Source of the DNA: an uncultured Gammaproteobacteria bacterium
GTDB taxonomy: Bacteria; Pseudomonadota; Gammaproteobacteria; UBA9214
Length of the DNA: 64,000 bases
Assembly: GCA_963803275.1 (NCBI GenBank)
Contig: CAWDLS010000002.1
Coordinates: 99,905-163,904, forward strand
Direction: 5' to 3'
The notes below the pieces were generated by a model. That model was not told the origin of the DNA and did no database searches. It was given only the letters and a program-made list of their open reading frames with translations. This document shows positions 40,632 through 50,373 of the stretch, piece by piece. Position numbers and translations under genes: made by a program. Each line of letters starts with the position of its first letter. The stretch's first letter is position 1.

Positions 40632-40734
40632 CCACAAGGAGATGGGCCGGTTAATGATTTTTTGTCTGCATATCTAAATTCTTGAGGGAAAGGGCATGTC
40701 ACATTTAACAATAAATCTGACTCGCACGATCAAA

Positions 40735-41316
40735 ATGACGGCTATGGCCAGCGCCATGGCCATAGCCTTGGGCGGCAGCAGCCTGCTGTGCACAAGCACA
40801 CCGGCAGCGGACCTGATTTTCAGCTTTACCGGCAGCACCAGTGGCGGTCTGTTTACCATGCTGGATCCGGCGGGGTGCCGCTGGGCAACACCAGCTACCC
40901 GTACTACGGCGATCGACCTAGGGCTACGGCTGGCGTACCCAGCTTACCGGCACCATCACCATCGACCCGGCAACCAAAAGCGGCTCGATAGCGATCGCCC
41001 CATTCGAGTTCTCAATGGCGGTCCAGCGGTTGCGCATGATATCACGTTAACCGATGCCAGCAGCGATCCGCTCGACACCGGCGGAGCTACCATGTTGTTG
41101 GGCAATATGAGATTCGACTGGAGTGGCAGCAACGACATCCCGGTGACGCTGGTCTGGGACGCCACCTGGCCTGATGACCGCTATAAATAGCGGCCTGGCG
41201 GTCAGTGACGTAGTTTCGCGGTGGCGCAGCATGTGCCACCTGCGCGACCCCGGCATCAAACGGGATCACCAAGGGCAAGTTGCCGATAGGTCCGGTCCCG
41301 ATGGCCACCACTTCTT
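40735..41316 (+). pseudogene. N-terminal domain of a PEP-CTERM-family surface-protein gene, disrupted by at least 4 frameshifts and one stop
   Basis: Frame 1 gives signal peptide MTAMASAMAIALGGSSLLCTSTPAADLIFSFTGSTSGGLFTMLDPAG; frame 3 GVPLGNTSYPYYGD; another frame GYGWRTQLTGTITIDPATKSGSIAIAPFEF; frame 1 GGPAVAHDITLTDASSDPLDTGGATMLLGNMRFDWSGSNDIPVTLVWDA; then ITKGKLPIGPVPMATTSFDT. All are collinear with paralogs A/B. Confidence 0.45.
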
Positions 41317-43362
41317 TTGATACCTCTGACACTGGCGCACCGAATTATACGGCCACATTACCACTGGTTAACGATACGGCTTGCAATTGGCGGCTCGCCC
41401 ATGCAGGCCGGTCCGTTTCCCGGTTTTAATGCCAATTTCGATTTCTCATCGCTGACCCTCATCAGCGATGGCAGTGGCCCGACCTTTACACAGCCGGCGG
41501 ACGTCAACTTCACCGCGCCGGAACAGGCAACACCCGCGGCCATCAGCGTCGGTCTCGGTACGGTCACCGACGAGGCGCCGCCCGGCACCACGGTCGAATA
41601 CAGTATCGACGGCAAGGCGATCAACGACCCGACCAAGACCTGGATTGCCGACAACAACGGCAGCAACACCATCTCGGTCAACGCCACCCAGACCGTGACG
41701 ACCCTGGCGGTCGACTGGCGTGCAACCGATACCCTGAGCGGCCAGTCGTTTCAGACCCAGAACGTGACGGTCACCATCACGGATACCACGGCACCCAGCA
41801 TCACCGGCACGCCGGCAGACGTGAGCACCAGCGTCACCAGCACGGCAGACAGTGTCTGCTTCGGCGCACTGACCGCCACGGATGCCGTTGACCCGACACC
41901 GGCCATCCAATGGTCCCATGACGGGTTCACCTTCAACACGGCGAATCCGACAGACAACTGCTCGACCGGTTTCGGCCCCAATGCCAACACGGTAACCTGG
42001 CGGGTGACGGACGACACGGGCAACACTGCGACCTACCTGCAGACCGTTACGCTGAACCTGCCAGCCGGCATTACCGGCAAGGCCTGCACCGTTGATCTCG
42101 CCACAGCCGGTGCGCGCCTGCTGGAAGGCGACTTCACCATGCGCACGTCATCCGGTTCCATTACCGGGAACATCGACCACGGAGTCACCGGTAATATCGA
42201 CACAACCGTGTTCTGTACCGACCCGGACATCGTGAACTGCAACCCGACCCCGCCCGCGGTCACACTGATCTCAGGACAGCCCTTCTTCGGATTCGACTGG
42301 TCGGCCGCGCCAGTGCGACTGTTCGATCAGGGTACCTGGACATTCGAGACCTGTCCGTTCCCGCGGGTGGCGGTCAATGCCGGAACACCAAGCGCTGACT
42401 GGATATCGGATCCGGCCAATGGAGGCGATGGCTCGACCAAGTGCGGAAGCCAGTTCGCGCCCAACCCGATTACCATGACCGTCGGGGCGGGTCAGCTGGG
42501 CGCACACATGCTGTTTAACTGGGCGAGCAACGTTGCCATCGACGTGGTCGTGGTATGGGATGTGGGCTGCAACAAGTTCGAACTCACCTCCACCGACCCC
42601 GACGGCGACGGCATCCTGTCCACCCCGATGGTCGATGGACCCTTCAAGGGTTTCAATGCCGCGTTTGACGTCAAGACCCAGCCCGGCGAACCACCGATCG
42701 CGGATGGCGGCTACACGGTTACCGTCGCGACAGCCCAGAACCCGGTAGCCGGCGAATCACCGCTCCCGCTGACGACACAGGCATTGCCGGCCTTCACGGC
42801 AGACTCGGCTGCGGTACGATCCTGCGTAGGCGGCTGCTACAAATTCACCACCACGGATCTGCTCGACGGCAATGACGTCGCTGGCGCCTACAAATACGCC
42901 CAGGTCACACTGCCGCTGAGCGAGGTCACCCCGTTCTGGTCGCTGTACCGCAAGTACGACGAGGCCACCATGACCTGGGGGCCGTTTACGATCAACAACC
43001 GCAACAATGTCCTGACCGCGCCGCTGGATCAGGGCACCGGCGAGTGTCCGGAACCGGGCAACGGCACCTATGACCGCCCCTCCTCCGGTGCGCTGACGGA
43101 CAAGCTGCGAGAAAACGATCTGTGTGTCCAGCTCACGATCGAGGACAACGGTCCGAACGACGCCAATCCGGCGGCGGGCACGGTGGATGATCCGGGCGGG
43201 GTGGCTGAAGTCCCGGCTGGCGTGCTGCCGAAGCCGGAAAGTAGCGGCGGCTGTACCGTTGCCGGCTCGACAGTCGATCCTGCAAAGGGCGGGGCGTGGT
43301 GGCTGGTGGCCGGCTTCCTGACCTGGATGGGCTGGAAACGCCGTAACCGTCACTCACTCTAG
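41317..43362 (+). CDS. large Thr/Asp/Gly-rich surface protein, C-terminal 681 aa of the PEP-CTERM-family gene, with divergent C-terminal sorting tail
   Basis: Begins in-frame with MQAGPFPGFNANFDFSSLTLI (homologous to MDNGPFPGFNFDFDITSIHV of paralogs); repeated TxTD/PTP-rich modules; second MVDGPFKGFNAAFDV motif; ends ...PKPESSGGCTVAGSTVDPAKGGAWWLVAGFLTWMGWKRRNRHSL (Gly-rich + TM + basic, not a canonical VPEP). Confidence 0.5.
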   Translation: MIPLTLAHRIIRPHYHWLTIRLAIGGSPMQAGPFPGFNANFDFSSLTLISDGSGPTFTQPADVNFTAPEQATPAAISVGLGTVTDEAPPGTTVEYSIDGKAINDPTKTWIADNNGSNTISVNATQTVTTLAVDWRATDTLSGQSFQTQNVTVTITDTTAPSITGTPADVSTSVTSTADSVCFGALTATDAVDPTPAIQWSHDGFTFNTANPTDNCSTGFGPNANTVTWRVTDDTGNTATYLQTVTLNLPAGITGKACTVDLATAGARLLEGDFTMRTSSGSITGNIDHGVTGNIDTTVFCTDPDIVNCNPTPPAVTLISGQPFFGFDWSAAPVRLFDQGTWTFETCPFPRVAVNAGTPSADWISDPANGGDGSTKCGSQFAPNPITMTVGAGQLGAHMLFNWASNVAIDVVVVWDVGCNKFELTSTDPDGDGILSTPMVDGPFKGFNAAFDVKTQPGEPPIADGGYTVTVATAQNPVAGESPLPLTTQALPAFTADSAAVRSCVGGCYKFTTTDLLDGNDVAGAYKYAQVTLPLSEVTPFWSLYRKYDEATMTWGPFTINNRNNVLTAPLDQGTGECPEPGNGTYDRPSSGALTDKLRENDLCVQLTIEDNGPNDANPAAGTVDDPGGVAEVPAGVLPKPESSGGCTVAGSTVDPAKGGAWWLVAGFLTWMGWKRRNRHSL

Positions 43363-43381
43363 CACTCGATTGCATGTGCAG

Positions 43382-43416
43382 CGGCGCAGTCAGGAATGAC
43401 TGCGCCGTTTTATTTT
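43382..43416 (+). terminator. rho-independent terminator (CGGCGCAGTCA-GGAA-TGACTGCGCCG + TTTTATTTT)
   Basis: 11-bp perfect stem, 4-nt loop and U-tract 20 bp after the 41317-43362 stop. Confidence 0.65.
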
Positions 43417-43533
43417 GCATGGCGCACGATGCACAGGCATGATATTGACCCACAGCCCGCTATCTGTTCAAATCAGCAAATTATTTACAATTCAGAATCT
43501 TGGTTTAATCACCATCCTAGGATAAGGCAATCC

Positions 43534-44109
43534 ATGACACGATCCCGTTTTGCATTGTTGTTGATGATACTTTTATGCTGCCAGCCTGCCCGGTACGCCA
43601 GTGCTGGCCAGGGCGATGCCGGTGGAAACTATTATCATGTTCAACCCGGAGACGTCCTGGATATCTCTGTCTGGAAGGAGGAAGACCTGGTACGGCAGGT
43701 CCTGGTTCGACCGGATGGAGGAATATCATTCCCGCTGGCCGGAGACCTCCAGGCTGCCGGCAAATCCATAGCTGAAATCCAGTCGCTGATCGCCGATCGA
43801 CTTGAAAAATATATTCCTGAACCACTCGTCACAGCGGCTGTCCTGAAACTGGACGGAAACAAGATCTATATCATCGGCAAGGTAAACAGACCAGGCGAAT
43901 ATGTTGCGAACCGGTATCTCGATGTCATACAGGCGCTCAGCATCGCCGGCGGCATGACACCGTATGCAGCAGATAACAAGATCTTGATTCTGCGCCGCAC
44001 CGACGGCAAGCTGAAGTCAATTCCTTTCAGGTACAGCGATATCGAGAAAGGTGAAAACCTGCAACAGAATATCATTCTGCAAAGCGGGGATGTGGTACTG
44101 GTTCCGTAA
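43534..44109 (+). CDS. polysaccharide export protein (Wza/GumB/EpsE-like, Poly_export + SLBB)
   Basis: ATG 43534 with AAGG RBS; lipoprotein-like signal MTRSRFALLLMILLCC; YHVQPGDVLDISVW...PDGGISFPLAGDLQAAGKSIAEIQ is the Poly_export motif. Confidence 0.8.
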   Translation: MTRSRFALLLMILLCCQPARYASAGQGDAGGNYYHVQPGDVLDISVWKEEDLVRQVLVRPDGGISFPLAGDLQAAGKSIAEIQSLIADRLEKYIPEPLVTAAVLKLDGNKIYIIGKVNRPGEYVANRYLDVIQALSIAGGMTPYAADNKILILRRTDGKLKSIPFRYSDIEKGENLQQNIILQSGDVVLVP

Positions 44110-44333
44110 CGTGACAGGTGCGCAGTGAATCAGGTGATTCTGCTGGCCGCGGGGACAGGCGGAAACAAGCGGCAAGATAACTGCCATTCGCGATGAGGCC
44201 GGCACTGCCGTCCTCCTTCGATGGAAACGTAACTGTCGGGGTATTACCAATGGTCTGCTGCAGCCCCCTGCACGTTGCCTGCAACACACCGGCTTGAACG
44301 CGAACAGATGAATTCCAGAGGGATCACCGCCTG

Positions 44334-45611
44334 ATGCGCCTGTCGAAGAATCTGCACATGGCGCTTGTCGTGGTACTGGCCATACCCGTGACGGCCAGGG
44401 CAGCGGAGTGGTCGGCCGAACCGAAGATTTCCCTGAAAACGGGTTACAACGACAATATCCGGTTGACATCAGCCGCTCACGATTCAGTCTGGGAGTCAGC
44501 GCTGTCGCCGTCCGTGAAGTTGGCTGTTGCCACAGAAACCCGGGGGCTGTCCGGCGATGCAGGGTTTGCCATTCGCCGTTTTGCCGGCGGTAGCGGGCGG
44601 GAGAGCAGCGACATACTCGATCGGGAAGATTATTACCTGAATACCGATGCCTTTCTCAAAAACCTGCGGGGCAGCTTCAAGGCCAATCTCGATTACAAAC
44701 GCGACAGCACGCTGGATTCCGAACTGGACCAGACAGGTAACGTCATTGAAGACCGTGCCACACGCGAACAACTGTCACTGGGACCGTCGTGGTCAAGAAT
44801 CATCACTGAACTCACCCGCCTGGAACTGACCTACCAGTACAGGAATGTTCAATACATCAACGACCCGGGTATCCCTGATCTGGTGGGCTATGAATACCAT
44901 GTTGGTTCGGCCTCGCTGGTCCACAATCTGACCCCGCGCCTCCAGTACACGCTTGCGGCTGGCTACAACAGCTATCAGCCGGATACCAACTTTAAATCCG
45001 ACACCTTGACGCTGCAGGCCGGCCTGTCGAGTAATTTCACCGAAACGCTGCTGGCCTCCTTCCTGGTCGGTGAGCGTCAAACCACCTCCGACACATTCAT
45101 CGGTACCGGGGTTTGTATCGGCGCCAATCCCGGTGCCACCTTCCCGTCCTGTACGGGGGGTATCGCCATCCCGACCGGCTCGGCAAATGCAACGATTGAA
45201 ACCACCTCCGCGGTATTCAGCGCCAGCCTCGCCAAGACGCTGGAGACCGGCTCGCTCAGTGCCGGCCTGTCACGTTCATCCTCACCAAGTGCCAACGGCG
45301 AACTGCTGGATGCCACCCGCCTGATCCTCACCGGTGATTACAGATTGTCTGAAACACTGCGCTCATCCCTGAAAATTGAATACACCGAGAACGAGACCAT
45401 CGTCAGCCGGGTCGGCTTTACGCCCAATCAGGCAAAAAAGACCTTCTTTCGGGTCACGCCCAGGGCGGCATGGCGCTGGAGTCGCGAATGGGAACTGGCG
45501 GGCGAGTATCAGTATGCAAGTTATGAGGACGTCAATGCCAACAAGGCCACCCGCAATGCGGTCTATGTAAGCCTGGCCTACCGCCCCACCAGGATGGCCA
45601 TTTCCAGGTGA
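44334..45611 (+). CDS. outer-membrane beta-barrel protein of PEP-CTERM/EPS loci (hypothetical)
   Basis: Signal peptide MRLSKNLHMALVVVLAIPVTARA; alternating amphipathic beta-strands; C-terminal ...VYVSLAYRP; position between exporter and chain-length genes. Confidence 0.6.
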   Translation: MRLSKNLHMALVVVLAIPVTARAAEWSAEPKISLKTGYNDNIRLTSAAHDSVWESALSPSVKLAVATETRGLSGDAGFAIRRFAGGSGRESSDILDREDYYLNTDAFLKNLRGSFKANLDYKRDSTLDSELDQTGNVIEDRATREQLSLGPSWSRIITELTRLELTYQYRNVQYINDPGIPDLVGYEYHVGSASLVHNLTPRLQYTLAAGYNSYQPDTNFKSDTLTLQAGLSSNFTETLLASFLVGERQTTSDTFIGTGVCIGANPGATFPSCTGGIAIPTGSANATIETTSAVFSASLAKTLETGSLSAGLSRSSSPSANGELLDATRLILTGDYRLSETLRSSLKIEYTENETIVSRVGFTPNQAKKTFFRVTPRAAWRWSREWELAGEYQYASYEDVNANKATRNAVYVSLAYRPTRMAISR

Positions 45612-46007
45612 TCGTGCGCAGGCCTGTACCGGCTAGCCGGGCGATCATTCAGCCCGGCAGCTGACAGAATTTGCGGGCACTCAATAGAATAATGAATATA
45701 ATCAATATATTGTGAGTGCCTTGCTTCCCTGGAGCGTTGCATCTTATGTGTATACTCCGTCACGGGCTGGATCACACACCGTATTTGTAGCGCTCGGTGC
45801 ACTGGTCGCAGACATTCTGTTTTCTTTAGAATGGATTGTGACGTGCACGCCCGGGAGGCATGTCGGGAGACACCGTAGCCAGCACTCACCACCGTCTGCC
45901 GGAGCACCCCGTACTGAATCTGATACGGATCTAATACCTAGATACAATTCTCCAGGTGGGCTTCATGATATATTTTAACGTGGTACGGGTCCCGACGGGG
46001 ATCCAGG

Positions 46008-47768
46008 ATGGAACAGGACATGACTGAACTCGCACTGGAACAAACCCTGGATTTTGGTGATTACCTGGCCGCCTTCTGGCGCCGGCGCCGCATGATTTTC
46101 CTGGTAGCCGGCATAGTCTTACTGCTGGGGGTGATCACAGCGGTTGTCTGGCCATCAACCTACCAGGCCTCATCCACCATTCTGATCGAGGAGCAGGAAA
46201 TCCCCTCCGATCTGATCCAGTCGACGGTAACCAGCTATGCATCCCAGCGCATCCAGGTCATCAGCCAGCGGGTCATGTCGCGCACCAACCTGCTTAAGGT
46301 TATCGAAAAATACAACCTCTATGAGCGGGAGCGCCGGCTCAACACCATCGAGGAAGTCCTTAGCGACATGCGTGATGACATCAGCATCGACATGATCAAC
46401 GCGGATGTCATGGACCCGCGGACCGGACGTCCGACTGCGGCCACTATCGCCTTCAAACTGGGGTTTGCAAGCGATGATCCGCAGCAGGCCCTCAAGGTTG
46501 CCAACGAACTGACCACGCTCTACCTGGACGAGAACCTGAAATCGCGTAACGAGAAGGCCGCAGAAACCTATGACTTCCTGACTGTCGAATCGAGCCGGCT
46601 GAGCGAAGAAATAAGCCGCCTTGAAAAATCGCTGGCCGAATTCAAGGAAAGGAACATCACCACCCTGCCGGAGCTGCGCGATCTCAATACCCAGATCCTG
46701 GAACGCACGGAACGGGAGTTAACCGACCTGGATACCCAGATCCGCGGACTGGAGGAAAGAAAGGTCTATCTGGGCGGTCAACTGGCCGTACTGGATCCCT
46801 ATGGCAGCCACGATACGCTAAGTCCTTCAGCACGACTGGAAGCACTGCGCACACAATATATCAGCCTGGCCAGCCGGTATTCGCCGGATCACCCGGACAT
46901 CATCCGGACGAAAAACGAGATCAAGGCACTCGAACTGGAAACCGGGCAGACCGCATCGTCCGGTGACCTGCAGGCACAATTGCGAACCCTGCGCGATGAA
47001 TTGACGAAAGCTAAACAGACCTACACGGCCGAGCACCCGGATGTAAAAAACCTGACGCGGCAAATCGCCACCCTGGAGCAGGAACTCAAGCAGGTCTCCT
47101 CCTCGCCGGCTGCAAATCTGCCACCACCCAAGGCGGACAATCCGGCTTACGTCACTCTGAGTACACAACTCGAGGCGGCGAATAGCGAAATCCGGTCGTT
47201 GCGTGTCAAGCGTGGCCAGCTGGTGGCCAAGGTGGCGGAGTACGAGAAGAGGCTGGAACAGACGCCAAAATCCGAGCAGGAATACCGGGGCATTGCCCGC
47301 GACCTGGATAACTCGACCAAGCGTTACCAGGAAATCAAGGCCAAGCAGATGACCGCGGAGGTGGCCCAGCAAATGGAGAAGGAACGCAAGGGCGAGAAAT
47401 TCACCCTAATCGACCCGGCCATCCTCCCGGAAGAACCCATCAGTCCGAACCGGGGTGCCATCATCTTCCTTAGCCTGGTACTGGCCCTGGGTACTGGGCT
47501 GGGCTCTGCGGCAGTCCGCGAGAGCCTGGATAACGCCGTGCGCGGCGTTAAGGGTCTGACCACGGTACTGCAAATCGCCCCGCTGGCGGTCATCCCGTAC
47601 CTGAAGAATGAGGCGGAAAGCAGTTCGCACAAACGGCGGCGCTGGTATCTGCTCATGGCGGCGGTGGCAGGCATCGCCATCGTGTTGCTGGTGGTGCAGT
47701 ACAACACCCCGCTCGACGTCCTGTGGTTCAAGGGCATGCGCAAGGTCGATACACTGATCGGTGAATGA
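46008..47768 (+). CDS. polysaccharide chain-length determinant protein (Wzz/GumC-like, PEP-CTERM-locus subfamily)
   Basis: N-terminal TM (IFLVAGIVLLLGVITAVVW), long coiled-coil periplasmic region, second TM near C-terminus (AIIFLSLVLALGTGLG); no kinase domain. Confidence 0.8.
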   Translation: MEQDMTELALEQTLDFGDYLAAFWRRRRMIFLVAGIVLLLGVITAVVWPSTYQASSTILIEEQEIPSDLIQSTVTSYASQRIQVISQRVMSRTNLLKVIEKYNLYERERRLNTIEEVLSDMRDDISIDMINADVMDPRTGRPTAATIAFKLGFASDDPQQALKVANELTTLYLDENLKSRNEKAAETYDFLTVESSRLSEEISRLEKSLAEFKERNITTLPELRDLNTQILERTERELTDLDTQIRGLEERKVYLGGQLAVLDPYGSHDTLSPSARLEALRTQYISLASRYSPDHPDIIRTKNEIKALELETGQTASSGDLQAQLRTLRDELTKAKQTYTAEHPDVKNLTRQIATLEQELKQVSSSPAANLPPPKADNPAYVTLSTQLEAANSEIRSLRVKRGQLVAKVAEYEKRLEQTPKSEQEYRGIARDLDNSTKRYQEIKAKQMTAEVAQQMEKERKGEKFTLIDPAILPEEPISPNRGAIIFLSLVLALGTGLGSAAVRESLDNAVRGVKGLTTVLQIAPLAVIPYLKNEAESSSHKRRRWYLLMAAVAGIAIVLLVVQYNTPLDVLWFKGMRKVDTLIGE

Positions 47769-48067
47769 TTGACTGAACGCTCACGCACCCATACAGTCTA
47801 TTGGACAGCAGGATGACTGCACGTTTACAGGGATGTGAAAGACTGTGTACACAATCCCGGCCGCAATGGCAGGCTGCATGTGGGGCATATATCCCATATT
47901 TTATGAAAGGTATTAAGCGCCGCGTTACACAATGACCGCTGCACTGATCGACCCGCCGGTTGCCGACGGGCTGTACCAAAGGACAGTTCCCAAGACCCTG
48001 CCTGCTGACTTATAAAGGCTTTATTATAGGCTTTATACGTTAACCGGGCATACTGGAAGATTTCAGA

Positions 48068-48865
48068 ATGGAACGCATCAAACAGGCACTGGAAAAGGCC
48101 CGTCAGGAACGCCAGATCAGGCAGGGCGACGCCATCATACTGTCAACCCCGCGGACACAAGGCATCGGGGCGGGACAGGATCAGGGTGTCACCGTTCCCG
48201 TCAGTCTGGATGAAGCCGTGTTGCGCGGCAAGCGGGTGATCGCCGCCATGCCGCCCGGGCCATACACCGAGGCCTTCAACCTGCTGCGTACCCGCATCCT
48301 GCAGACATTCAAGGAACACAAGTGGAACACCCTGGCGGTGACCAGTCCGGGTCCCAGCGCCGGCAAGACGCTGACAGCGATCAACCTGGCGATCAGTATC
48401 GCACGCGAAGTCGACTATACCGTGTTGCTGGTCGATGCCAACCTGCAACAGCCGGACGTGCTGGCGCACTTCGGTTTGCCGCGGCGCAGGGGGCTGAGTG
48501 ACTACCTGACCGAGGATGCACCCATCGAGGATTTGCTGTTCAAGCCCGGCATCGTCGATCGCCTCATGGTACTTCCCGGCGGGCAACCGCTGGCCAATTC
48601 CTCCGAAATGCTCAGTTCCCCGAAAATGGGCCGACTGGTAGAGGAAATGAAGTCACGCTACCACAGCCGCATTATCATCTTCGACCTGCCGCCGGTGCTG
48701 ACGTCATCGGACACGCTGGCATTCGCGCCCCACGTCGATGCCGCGCTGCTGGTCGTGGAGGAAGGCGCGACCCAGAAAGACGAACTGAAACAGGCCGTCG
48801 CCCTGCTGAGTGTCACCAATATCGTCGGCACTGTCCTCAACAAGGCGGAAGTGAAGAGCACCTGA
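48068..48865 (+). CDS. tyrosine-autokinase-like P-loop ATPase (EpsG/Wzc C-terminal-domain-like)
   Basis: VTSPGPSAGKTLTAINLAISIA (Walker A), VLLVDANLQQP, IIIFDLPPV (Walker B) - MinD/ParA fold typical of BY-kinases. Confidence 0.78.
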   Translation: MERIKQALEKARQERQIRQGDAIILSTPRTQGIGAGQDQGVTVPVSLDEAVLRGKRVIAAMPPGPYTEAFNLLRTRILQTFKEHKWNTLAVTSPGPSAGKTLTAINLAISIAREVDYTVLLVDANLQQPDVLAHFGLPRRRGLSDYLTEDAPIEDLLFKPGIVDRLMVLPGGQPLANSSEMLSSPKMGRLVEEMKSRYHSRIIIFDLPPVLTSSDTLAFAPHVDAALLVVEEGATQKDELKQAVALLSVTNIVGTVLNKAEVKST

Positions 48866-48878
48866 CGCTGCCAGCACG

Positions 48879-50360
48879 ATGTACAAAACCTTCTACAAGC
48901 TGAAAGAGAAGCCGTTCACCCTGCTGCCGGACCCGGGCTTTCTGTACCTGAGCGACCAACACCGCATGGGCCTGACGCTGCTGGAGTACGGCCTGATGAA
49001 CCAGGCGGGCTTCATCGTCATCAGCGGTGAGATCGGCGCGGGCAAGACCACCCTGATCCGCCACCTGCTGAACAACATGGGCCAGGAATACACCATCGGC
49101 CTGATCACGAACACCCACCGTTCATTCGGCGAGTTGCTGCAATGGATCCTGCTGGCCTTCAATCTCGGCCACAAGGACATGAGCAAGGTCGAGATGCACC
49201 AGCGTCTGGTGGATTTCATCATCGACGAGTATGCGCAGAACCGGCGCACCGTGCTGATCGTCGACGAGGCGCAGAACATGGATGCGGAAACGCTCGAAGA
49301 ACTGCGCATGCTCTCCAACATCAATGCGGACAAGGACCTGACGCTCCAGGTGGTGCTGTCCGGGCAGCGCGAGCTGCGCGAGACCCTGCGCCGTCCCGAC
49401 CTGGTCCAGTTTGCGCAGCGCATCTCCGTGGACTACCACCTGGAAGCCCTGTCGGAACGCGAGACGGCCGGTTATATCAGGCACCGCATGCAGGTCGCAG
49501 GTGGTGACCCGGACACCTTCAGCCCGCGGGCCTGTGCGGCCATTCATCGTTACAGCAACGGCGTGCCACGACTGATCAACCTGCTGTGTGATACCGCGCT
49601 GGTGTATGGCTATGCCGATCAGAAACGTCGCATCGACGCCATACTGGTCACCGACGTCGCGCGGGAAAAGCAGCGGGGCGGCATATTCCCGGTCTATGCC
49701 CCGGCAGAGGCCAGCGCGGATGAACTTGCCGATGTGCAGGAAACCGCGGCAGCGCAGCAGACCGAACCGGCCGGAGTACAGCGACAGGCGGCAGAACCGG
49801 TACCGGCCGGGCACGGTCACGGCGCAGAACCCGTGCGGCAGCGGGCTGCGCCGGTACCGCAGACAGCCGCCGCGAACCGCCGGCCCGCCGACCGCCCGGA
49901 ACAACACCCGCACCAGGGGCGGCCGGAAACCAGCGTGGCCCCGACGCGGCAGGCGCACGTGGACGAGGCTGCCGCGGAGCGGTGGCAGCAGGCGCCGGCT
50001 AAAAAAAAAATCCGGCTCGCGCTGTGCGCAAGGGGAAAATCACGACACTACTTGTCAGCGCTGTTAGAAGAATGTGGTTTTGAGATTACTGACGCCTTCT
50101 CTCCCGATGCCGATGCACCGGTAAACCTGAACCCGCGACTGGTTGACGTCCTGTTGATCGATGAAGTGAAAGACAGGCACGATTTTTCACCGGCGCTGGC
50201 CGCCGTCCTGAGCGCCTGGCGCGGACCGGTACTGTACAACGACGCGATCGGCACACGGACCAGCCAGCTGCGCGGCAAGGCAGAGTTCAGCCAGGCGCTG
50301 GCACGGCGCATCCATGCGCTCGCCGGCCGGCGTGGTCCCGACACCGCGGTAAACCAGTAA
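48879..50360 (+). CDS. XrtA/PEP-CTERM-system-associated AAA ATPase (ExeA-like) with Pro/Ala/Gln-rich linker and C-terminal receiver-like extension
   Basis: ISGEIGAGKTTLIRHLL Walker A, LIVDEAQNM Walker B; residues about 290-370 low complexity; last 110 aa KIRLALCARGKSRHYLSALLEECGFEI...VDVLLIDE resembles a CheY-like receiver lacking the acidic pair; contains an A10 run at 50004-50013. Confidence 0.72.
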   Translation: MYKTFYKLKEKPFTLLPDPGFLYLSDQHRMGLTLLEYGLMNQAGFIVISGEIGAGKTTLIRHLLNNMGQEYTIGLITNTHRSFGELLQWILLAFNLGHKDMSKVEMHQRLVDFIIDEYAQNRRTVLIVDEAQNMDAETLEELRMLSNINADKDLTLQVVLSGQRELRETLRRPDLVQFAQRISVDYHLEALSERETAGYIRHRMQVAGGDPDTFSPRACAAIHRYSNGVPRLINLLCDTALVYGYADQKRRIDAILVTDVAREKQRGGIFPVYAPAEASADELADVQETAAAQQTEPAGVQRQAAEPVPAGHGHGAEPVRQRAAPVPQTAAANRRPADRPEQHPHQGRPETSVAPTRQAHVDEAAAERWQQAPAKKKIRLALCARGKSRHYLSALLEECGFEITDAFSPDADAPVNLNPRLVDVLLIDEVKDRHDFSPALAAVLSAWRGPVLYNDAIGTRTSQLRGKAEFSQALARRIHALAGRRGPDTAVNQ

Positions 50361-50373
50361 CGCGGCACCGGGC

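Noticed and set aside
45712-45978. 88-aa ORF in the AT-rich gap between the outer-membrane protein and Wzz-like genes
   Set aside because: Atypical codon usage, no RBS, no similarity to known small proteins; more likely promoter or leader for the chain-length determinant operon
48879-50360. Frameshift at the A10 run (50004-50013) splitting the ExeA-like ATPase from a separate response-regulator gene
   Set aside because: Removing or adding one A leads to an immediate stop in the alternative frames; the as-given frame reads through into the receiver-like domain, so a fusion is the simplest reading (flagged only as error-prone)
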